DNA of 64,000 bases, taken from Callorhinchus milii. Its lineage: Eukaryota. The notes under the pieces are model-generated. The model did not search any database. It was given only the letters and a program-made list of their open reading frames with translations, and was not told the origin of the DNA. The stretch is from assembly GCF_018977255.1 (NCBI RefSeq), contig NW_024704743.1:32552001-32616000 (forward strand). Reading direction: 5' to 3'. Below, one piece after another: positions 51,105 to 61,085 of the stretch; position 1 is the stretch's first letter; each line of letters begins with the position of its first letter. Both the position numbers and the translations under genes were made by a program.

Positions 51105-53643
51105 CTGAAAATAAAATAATATATTTTTCTTATATAAATAAACGGACTCCTTCCCCCACAAAACAATCTTTTAACTCACTTGCCTAGAGGTGTTTCAAAT
51201 ACCTGTACTGAATTTCTTCCATGATTCACAAAGTAATCTCAGCATCCCCAAATCACATAGAACAGCACGTGTAAACCATGTGCAGATGCATGTGTGTAGA
51301 GGAAGTTAGAAAGTGCTCTTAATTATGTGATTAATAACCAATGAAAATGATTTTTTAATATCGTAATTAACAACCAATCATCTTCACATTTTTGGTCCTC
51401 ACATCTTCCAGCCTAATATTAGTGGCTGAGCCTTCAGACACTGTGACATTTTCCTTTCTCACTCTCTTTTTCTCCCAAATCCCTATGCTCTCTTGCATAT
51501 TTGTGAAGTGCTTCAAGGTGTTCACCCTCCATGAAAGGTGATATACATAAGTGCAAGTTGTTGCTCTTTAATTACACAATTACAGGCACCTATAATTCTA
51601 TCTGTACATATGCAGGTAAACATGGTTTGCACATGGTGCATTGTCCACATGTTCAGATAGTTTTTATACATGTCACATAATAGATCCCAGTGTCTACTGA
51701 TCCATAAAAAGATAGACTTTGTAAAACTAGAAAACTGTGTAAGAGTTTATAAAAATAAATCAAAGTGACTGCTGCATGACTCAGGGATTGCATGATGCCA
51801 TTTGCTCAAAGGGGACAGTGAAATGTAAGAAGATGAAGACCAAATAGTTAGTAGGTGCACTGATCTAATGGAATGGTGGAACAGGCTCGAGGGGCTGAAT
51901 GATCTACTCCTGTTGCTATGTTCCTCTGGTTGATAGGTCTATCCATCCTAGACTGTTGGAATGAGTCACTCCTCTTTGCCAGCTGTAGAAACTATATAGC
52001 GTCTGAATCCAGCTTCTGGGAGTATTTACCCCATTGTGTAAAAGCTACTCATAGTTTAGCAATTTCATTCAAAGACTAAATGGATGGTGATTTGGACCCC
52101 AATGGCTACATTGGGGTCCAAATCACTTCCTAGTGTGAAAATGAGCCAGTTTTGTCCCCTGTGGTTGTTAGCTTATTCCAGCCAGGGGAATGGTAAGAGT
52201 GTCACAATTGCCTAAATATTCTTATATTGTGGGGAGGGAAGGGGAACCGACTAAAAATTCATTTCCATTCTTTATCTAGAGGTTGCTGCTGGAAATTGCA
52301 CAAGTACGGACATCAGGTCATGCTGCTCATGGTTGCATAAGCTGCTGACTTTCACTGTGTCGAGGTTAACACGTGAAGAATGAATACATGGGACCTGGAA
52401 GGTGTTCAGAGCATTCAGAACTGCATCTCAGTACCTTCAAGTGAGGATAAGAAAAAGGAGAGATGGTTTTGGGAAATATTTGTGTTATCCTTTGTGCATG
52501 TGGAGGAGGGGAAGAGCAAAGTAAAGTTCTTTTTGAAGTTGTGAAGCTCACCGAGAAACATTTTTGGGGATGAATAGAGGGACTACACTTGTAGCAACAA
52601 CAATTTTCACTTCCACAGCACCTTTCATGTTGGATGAGTATTGCAAAGTGCTCCATTATGTGCTTACATACATTACATGCTTTTTGAAGCATGTAACCTG
52701 TATTACAGCTGACCATTCGTTTCTCCATGCTGTTGTCGCATGCAAACGGTGGAAAAGTACAGGTACTCCATGCTTCAACGTCAAAGCTGTAGCCTCCATC
52801 ATATGTGCAAGCAAGCCAGTTAGTGATCATTCCCTGTGTTTTAAAGTTCTGAACTAGAGCTTTATATTGAAACAAAAAATCCTGGGTTCTGAAGTATCCC
52901 TACTGTTTACCGAAAGCAATAATCAGAAATAAAATAAGTTAGGGGTAACTGAAAGAAACCTGTAGTGTGCCTTCCAATACAACTCTTTGTGCTGTAAAAT
53001 ATTTCAAACATGCCAAGCACCATTGCATTGATAAAAGGGCTGAATCTTACAAGTGCATTATAATATAAGAGCGGCCTTATGTGCCAAGGGTTTTATGAAG
53101 CAGATTTCAAAGTGGATTCTGCAAGGCCAACAGAAATTATTTTATTTTGGAAAATGGGCTCAAAACATAGATGCACAAGGAAATTTTTACAGAGGTAGAA
53201 CAACGTGCATTTTCTGAACAGCTCACACTCTTCTAGTCCATGTTATGTTGGAGAAATGGCAGGGTTTTTTTTACGGACTTATTGCATCCTGAGCAATCTT
53301 GGAAAATTACAACTTTTTCCTTCTTTTAAAACAAGAGGAGTTGGAAGATTTCTTTTGCACACAGGTAGCTGTTAGAACTTAGGTCACCTTAGCAAAAATG
53401 ACTGTTGAAACTGACTCCATAACAGCAATTAAAGGAGAATTGAATAAATATTTGAGGAAAACAATATTAAAGCATATGGGGAAAGAGAAGCAGAAAGGAA
53501 TTAGAGTAGCTAGCTCCAGTAGGGGGAGCTCGCACAGACACCAAGAGCTGAACGGCCTCTTTCTGTGCTGTAAAGTTTCTATGATTTTATGGCTTGGAGT
53601 GTACAGATGATGTATGAGCGCACAGATCTGTGTTATGCAGTAC

Positions 53644-53778
53644 CTTTTTCCTTTCCTCTGCGGATATCATGTTGTTTTCAATGTCCTCTATTGTTACATT
53701 CTTCTGTTTCAGTGTTTCTTTCCTTAGTTTATCCAGTCTCACTGGGAACTTCTTTAAAAATTTGTCAGCTGACATCAT
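53644..53778 (-). CDS. stmnd1: STMND1 exon (stathmin-like helix)
   Basis: ttccag|ATG...AAG|gtactg; 135 nt, phase 0-0; KKFPVRLDKLRKE...TIEDIENNMISAEERKK resembles the stathmin-family motif (I..K..AAEERRK). Confidence 0.85.
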
Positions 53779-53793
53779 CTGGAATTGACATGG

Positions 53794-54162
53794 TAATAAT
53801 AATAATCCTTGCATTTTATATAGTGCCTTTTCACATCTTCAAGACATCTCGAAGCGCTTCACAGAATATGCTGTAAGGTGAATTGACTGTATATTTTGTG
53901 GGTGGAACGTGGCAGCCAATTGCACACAGCAGTGTCCCACAAACAGTCATGGATTGCGTGACCAATTATTATTTTTTTGGAAGGAATTATTATCCCTGGA
54001 GAAGCGATCCGCCAATCGACTAACAACCGGGTTCCTATTTACTGCGAGGTAAACAGAGGCGAGTGGTGTAAGGAAACTTGCCCCACATTTCACCCTGCTG
54101 GGAATTGAACCCAGGTCTCTCGCTTGCGAGACAAGTGCTCTAACCACTGAGCTACAGAACCC
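53794..54162 (-). mobile_element. Full-length tRNA-SINE (long variant) next to a stmnd1 acceptor
   Basis: Head at 54162 (TAGCTCAGTGG / GTTCAATTCC on - strand), tail ends 15 nt from exon 53778. Confidence 0.93.
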
Positions 54163-54856
54163 CAAATAATACAATATAATTGTATAATAATACAAATGTA
54201 ATGGGAAATAATTAACACTGGAACTATATGCTAAACACTTGTGTCAAATAAATGGAACAGTACTAAAGTGACAATGGAAACAATTCCACGAATATTTTAA
54301 TAGTGTAACATAATTAAGGGCACCTGGATGCATTTGAATGTGGTTATTCCATGGGCTATTAGCACTTAGACCCCACTGGCTTTTAGGACATTGTGTCTAC
54401 TCCAGCAATATTACAAGGGAGGCAATAAAACTGAGGGACCTATTTATGAGGTTTCAATGGAAGCAAAACCAACAAACTGTATGTCAATGGTGCAGTGGGT
54501 GCCAATTTGGACCAAGTATATCAGTGTGTAACAGAGCATTTCAGGAATGAAGAGAAACTGAGAATACTTGAAATGAAGAACTGTATGGAATACCCGGTAT
54601 TTGCGATTCCTGTTATGAAAATTGTGCTTTAGAATTCCCTACTCCCTCCCCTTGTGAAACATATTTCTCTATTATTCCAGGAAGAGTGTGCCAGCAGCTC
54701 GTTCGTGCCTTATCTATTGACCGTCAACCACAGAAAATTTAAATCAGATTTAAATTCTGATTGAGTTGTTGTATTAATCCTAGGTTCACATGGAAAAAGG
54801 AGATGGATTTGCTCTTTCATAAATGTGCAGATGAGATGATGTCAGTTGGCACATAC

Positions 54857-55017
54857 CAGAGAATTGTGTGCCTCCCGCAGTCCCTCAGGAGGGGTCTGGT
54901 TTGGGATGATCCCTTGAACCAAAAGCTCCTGCAGAATGTCTGCAGACTTTGGTCTTTCTCTAATTTCATGCAGCGGCACATTCCTTTTCATCAAACTAGT
55001 GGCGGTCAGTGCTAAGT
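54857..55017 (-). CDS. stmnd1: Stathmin domain-containing protein 1, internal exon
   Basis: ttgttcccatctag|AC TTA...CTG|gtatgt; DLALTATSLMKRNVPLHEIRERPKSADILQELLVQGIIPNQ resembles STMND1 RERQKSSDILEELIVQGII; STMND1 neighbours RBM24 in human. Confidence 0.85.
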
Positions 55018-55469
55018 CTAGATGGGAACAATAAAACAATAGTTAAGTAACTATAAATATTCATCTGTTCTGCCAACTATTCTTGCAAATTAAGAGTTCC
55101 ACAGGTTAAGAGAACACAGACTTTGCATTTTCAATGGATTTCCATTTCTTTCCATAAACATTGGAAATAAATGAGTAATCAAGTTTCTACTACTCCCAAT
55201 ATCACACACATATTTACATGCTTAGAAGTGATTATTATCTACACTTCAGAAATGTAACATGTGTTAGTCTTTTTTTTGTTATCTGAGATACAGTGAACAA
55301 TATTGTCAATGTATCTTAATCACTGTAAAATAGATTAACTTTACATTTCAAAAGACCGCTCACCACAGCCATTTCTGAAGCATATGTTAATAATCACCTC
55401 TGATATTTGTGCGATATTGGAAACAGTAGAAACCTGATAAGTGAACATTGACAATATATACTGTTGTCA

Positions 55470-56058
55470 GGTGTCAGCCGAGTCAGTTGGTAGCACTCTC
55501 GCCTCTAAGTCAGAAGTATGTGGATTGTAGGTTCGTGCTACACATCAGGGCTTTGAACTCAAGAGTCGAGGCTGATACTCCAATACGGTGTGCAGGCAGC
55601 ACTGCATTGTGGAAGAAACAATACAATACATTTATCTTGTACTTTTCACATTGGGAAGATGTCTCAAAATGCTCGACCCTGCTGGCTTGGCACTCAAGCT
55701 GGGGGTGGGAGCTGCAGTGAGTCGGGAAGGTGCAGTCCTATTTGAGACGTTAAAACTGAGGTCCCGTCTGTCTGTTCAGGTGGATGTTAAAGATCCCATG
55801 GCACTATTCAAAAAGAGAAGTGAATTTCTCCCGGTGTCCTGGCCAACAACCCCCCACAGAAAAATATTGTAGAAGATTAAATTGGTCATTCACTTTACGG
55901 CTGTTTATATGGGGACATTGCTGTGTGAAAATCGTCTGTCTCATTTGCCTACAAAATACACAGTGAAATACAGTCAACTACACGTTATACTAAATCCTGT
56001 GAAGCATTTAAGGTGCCCCACCCAACGTGAAAAGTGCTATATCAAATGCAAAGATTAT
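55470..56058 (+). mobile_element. Deu-domain SINE (SacSINE1/AmnSINE1-like) with an L2-tail insert at ~55615-55720
   Basis: gagacgttaaaactgaggtcccgtctg...aaagatcccatggcactattc...tctcccggtgtcctggccaa is the conserved Deu domain; tRNA-like head and L2-like tail. Confidence 0.75.
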
Positions 56059-56146
56059 CACACGGTGCACCCAAGTTTTGCTTTTGTGTTTCATATACTT
56101 GAGCTTGAACAAACTAAAGTAGATATGGTATTATCTTTTTTTTGAA

Positions 56147-57418
56147 AATATATATTTATTTACAAATATAATATTTGGTACAACAGAAATCCAACACAAA
56201 ACGTCCAACATCTTTTGTTACAATTTTTTCCCCTTTCTCCCAATACAAAAAACATTCTGTTGTTTATGGTACATTCCTTCCCCGCACATAGATTGCGCGC
56301 ACATTTCTTTTGAGACGCTCCCTTTAACACAGTCAGGAGTTTCCCGTGTGCACCATATATATGCACGCGCCCGCACACACCCTGATAAGGCACACTTGCT
56401 GCTTTGGGAAGGTGCCCCGATGTGCACCGTACGCGCACGTTTACCACACATACATTTTCAGGACGCTCTTTGGTTACATCTCCAACGTCCTTCTGTACCC
56501 TTACATTTATTTCAGTCAGTTTTGGGTGCACTCGTGGGCAACCCGGTGGGTGTGCCCTGAGCGGGTTGTGCTGGAGAGGCTCCTGCCGGGGTCAGACCCC
56601 ATCTGGCCCTTGTCACGGTTGAGCTGAACTTCAGCTTGTCCCTCAGTATATAGTCCCTGAACCTAGCATGTGCCAGCCTGAGGCAGGTCCTCACCGTCCC
56701 CTCGTTCTGCCAGAAGAACACCTGGTTTCGGGAATGCCAAAGGGCCTTCTTTACTGAGTTTATGATCCTTTTAGTTTATGATAAAAGGAGGGGCCCCTTT
56801 TATCACCAGCCAGGCCATGTCCTGATGGCTGTTGGTCAGGGCCGGTGACGAGGTGTTTTGCCAGATGTAGCTGGCTGTCGCCGCAGGGTACCTCCCGATC
56901 GGGCCTGCTCTCTCCCCCTTTCAAACTGTTTTGACTACCTGCTATGTGGACCTCTTGGTGATGTGCGGGGATCTGGGATGGTGTTCTTCAAGAATTTCTC
57001 AACGTAGGATAGGGGGTTCAGCACGCCACATCGGTGTTGAATATTTCGAGGCAGTTGTGCCAGACCCACCCTTCTTAGCATTGGGTACAGGTAGAAGCGT
57101 GGTGCGAAGCAAAATTTGTTGCCCACATAGCAGGGCAGCTCCACACAAAGGTGGCCATGAGGATCAGGGTTACGTTAGGGACCACTTTCCCTCCCTTTTC
57201 TGGGATTTTGTGCATCATGTCTCTGCGGACACAATCCATCTTGGATCCCCCACACTAGTTGGAAGACGTCTCTGGTGACTGCAGTGGCGTTGTTCCTGGT
57301 CAGAGGCCAGACCTGGGCAACGTACAGTAACACCAAAAAGGGCCTCACACTTCCTCACCAGATTTTTCCCGGTGATGTACAGTGAGTGCTGGCGCCACAT
57401 CACCAGTTTCTTCCTCAC
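56147..57418 (-). mobile_element. Tx1/L1-clade LINE 3' fragment
   Basis: Poly-A end at 56147; decayed ORF2 pieces GKVVPNVTLILMATF, KEALWHSRNQVFF, ARFRDYILRD; CpG-richer than flanks. Confidence 0.65.
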
Positions 57419-60400
57419 TATACCTAGATCTTATCATATCAAAGCATTTCAATACACTTCAAAAATAATCCAGTGTAGTTTTTGAAGTCTAAAGCAGCAG
57501 TCATTTGTGCTAGCAAGGTTCCGCAAACACCAGTGCTGCTGTTACTAACAAACAGTCATTAAACTTGACAATAATTACTTGTGAAGCACTTTAAGACATT
57601 TTGATGTTATCAGTTTTGCATCAAATGCAAGCATTATTATTACCATGTCCAGGTCAATGGAAGGTCACAAAGTACCTGTGTGAGTACTGCGAGCAATTGC
57701 ACTGTTCTCTGTCTGCACTATGGCATTCTGCCCACCATCACATTAAGTTTCTCTCAATTCACCCCAGCTCTGAGCAGCAGTAATCTCCCTCTTTTAACAT
57801 ATCTGTTTCAGAACAGCCTCAAGCAGCTCTTCATTGCACACGTAACAAGCTGAGCTGGCTTTTGTAAGTAACACTCAGAAAGCTGTTTGTGGTGAGGTTT
57901 TCACCCCAATCCAGTGTAACTTCCAGATTTTTGCTTCAAACAGCTCATTTTAGGAGTTGACTGAAATAGTCTTTCTTAACAAGCTCAATTGTCCTTTGTA
58001 AGAAACATTTGCAAACCTGCTTTGGTGTCATTTTTAATCCAGCCCACAATACTGATGATGGGCAAAGCATTGCTGCCATCTTCCAAACATTTATGTGCCC
58101 CATTTCTAAAGGTGTGATATATAGTAATTCTAATACTTACATTTGATATAGCCTTAGAACATTAAGAACATCTGAAATCGCTTCACAGCGTTTCTGTAAA
58201 TTGAAGTGACTGTGTATTTGTAGGCGAAGATATTTACCTCATGTACATCATCGGGACCTATACAGCCCTTAGAAAATCTGGAGCTTTATATCTGCCATTT
58301 AGTGGCATGTACAATATTACTGTCAGGTGCACAATACTGACAACATGAAGCTGAGTTGGAGAATAATTTGAGGCCATCCAGGCAATGATGGCCAGATGCC
58401 TGACAGACCAGGACTATTTGGCGCTGAGTGAATAATCTGATACGTCAAAGAAGCACACGAAGAGTGTATACATTAATACAAAAGTTTTATTCAAACAGGT
58501 TTACTCTCAAACATACGGTAGTCATGTAACTCTCACACAGGAGTTTACAAACATCTCTCCAAAATAAAAAAAGCTAACCATCAAATGACACAGTGCTTCA
58601 GATAAATGATGGTTAAAAGGAATAAAGATACCTATAAAGAAGGTTGAGCTTGATATTAAGCTGAATAAATAGTATTATTTTGTGGTTCTTTTTTGGCTGA
58701 TCCATCTTTTGGAGCATTTGTACTTTGAGAGAAGAGGATGGTCCACTAGTTCATGGGGCTTTGGTGCCACACTCCCTCTTCTCGTGCTCCCTCGTCTTGT
58801 TCCAACAACCGATGTATCACTCCGGAACCAGGGAACCGTGTCTTGTATTGCATTTCCAATGCCAAACACAAATTTGCTCAGCCTGTGGGTTCGTTGATGA
58901 GGGATCTCAGATTTCTGAGCCTTGTCATTCTCTTCCTTTTTCTTTGTATCTCCAGAAGCATCACTTTGTCCTTCTGGGCTGCTGAGTGCAGGAGCAGCAA
59001 CAGTAAGGTTGGTTTTCTCCTGCTCCTTTTCATGCATCGTATCGGAGTGGTCTGTGGAAAGGACAGAAAGATCAGACATAATGAAGCTGACTCATGACTG
59101 CTGACGTGCGGTCTTGTTTCAAATACACTTGTATTTTTTATGTGTATTTTCATCATTTTAACAGACAGAAGCTTGTGGAGACTGAAGTGAATGATGGTCT
59201 TAGGACTTACCACCTGCTGTGGGTCCATGGTGCTGTGCAGTGTCAAATTCCAAATGTTGTGAGTCAGGGCCTCCTGATGGTCCGGAAACTCCACAGCTGG
59301 TGTAGCAGTGGAAATGATACCCAAGGAGGGAGCGACTGTTCCGTCTGGTGGTGGAGCTTCAGCTCTTGTATATGAGACCTCTCTGCTGATTTCTCCATAG
59401 GCCTCTCTAAGGTACCCAATGTATTGAGGGTATTTCTGTTGTCCTTAGATTCCCTCCAGGTGAGACAGCTACAATTCTTGTTATTTCTTGCAGTAAATCG
59501 AGTGCACAATCTGGTTTTGGAGCTTGAAGATCCATTATATGTCTGACTGCACAAGGTGAACCAATTTGAATCCTTACTAAATCATATTTTGAACCTGTCG
59601 GGTTACCCCATCAATAACCTTTTTTTAAACTCATGCTCCATAAAATCCCATTTTCACTTTTTTTCTTCTCTTTTTTTTTCTATTGGTTATTTCGACATCC
59701 CAGTTACCAGGCATTGGAGTTGTCTGGAATACCTGTCTGAGTGACTAATTCTGACTCAGTTCAGACACTTTTGAGCAGGGACTCACACTGACGGGGTTTG
59801 GAAAGAGCAGAGGCCACTTAGTACGTAAGCGTTACTATAATTTTCAAGTACAAGGAGTGAGAACTGTCGTACTTGGCGCCTAATGCGCGGCTTGAGGACA
59901 GTGACGTAGAACTTCAGAATTTATTTCTACAAGAGTATAAGGATAAGGTAATGGTAGTTGCAAGCAAGTTGGGTTACCCCATCAATAACCTTTATTTTAA
60001 ACTCATGCTCCACAAAATCTCATTTTCACTGCTTTTCTTCTTTTTTTCTATGGTTATTTTAAAGTGTTAATTGAACAAAACCTTGCCTTTCATGTGGGAT
60101 GGACAACTTGAAGTATTTCACCCTAGGTGATAAGGAGCACCGAGCAAGGAGAGGAGGGAATTTATGGATGTTAACAAAAAGCAGAGCCAAAGAGAGATGT
60201 TTATATTTTTTAAAATGAGAAACAGCAGTGCAAAGAGACTTTGTGAGAGGGTTCAGGGCAAGATGGCTGAAGGCTCGGCTCCAATAGGGGATAGAGGAAG
60301 GAAAGAATAATCAGTAGATGAGAGTTAGATGAGTGGAGGGCACAAGTGGGAGAATAGGGTTGAAAGAGGTTACTTAAGCACGGAGGAATTAGATTAAAGA

Positions 60401-61085
60401 AATTTGAGAGTTAGGATGAGAATCTTAAAGGCAACCTACTGGGGGGCATAGAGCCAGTGGAGCCTAGTGAGGATGGGAGAAATTGGAGTGTGGAGCCTAG
60501 CAAAACTGACATGCAAATTTAACACAACTGCTGATCTTACCATGATTATGATTTCAGTGCTTAGTATTTTGGCATATATCTTCCTTTCTAATTAACAAAG
60601 TTTCTACATATCTGGATGACATGGCACATAACTACCTGCAAAACATTGTGAAAATATATGAAGGTTCATATTTTTCTGCATCACCTCACAAGATCATGAT
60701 AGAGGTATAAATAAAGATGACCGTTCAGCCTATTTGAACTCATCCTTCATCATCAAGCAGTTTGTTCTATGAGTCCAATGTCCTGGCCTCCATCATCTTC
60801 CCTGCGTAATCTGTTATGAACATATTTTTGACTTTGATTACTCTCCGTGCATAGAAATACTTGCTGATATCTGCCCTTGGCAACTCTTGAACATGCACAC
60901 ACTTCCCCTGCTACTTTAGGGTATCTTAACATATTGTTCTAGGTTTATTCAAGAGAAATTGAAAACATGTTTCTGAGAATGTTTGGCGATCTGTTAACAG
61001 CAGTAATCACTAGCATGACCAACTCACTAGCAATGTTATTTATCTCAGATTAATGCCAGAAATACTTGCGCCTCAGGGTATAATA

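Noticed and set aside
52366..52875. 169-aa ORF on - strand
   Set aside because: No recognisable homology, partly overlaps a decayed SINE and lies in a stmnd1 intron
58675..59079. 134-aa ORF as a normal upstream stmnd1 exon
   Set aside because: Ends in a stop plus polyA signal rather than a donor, and has no resemblance to the STMND1 N-terminus
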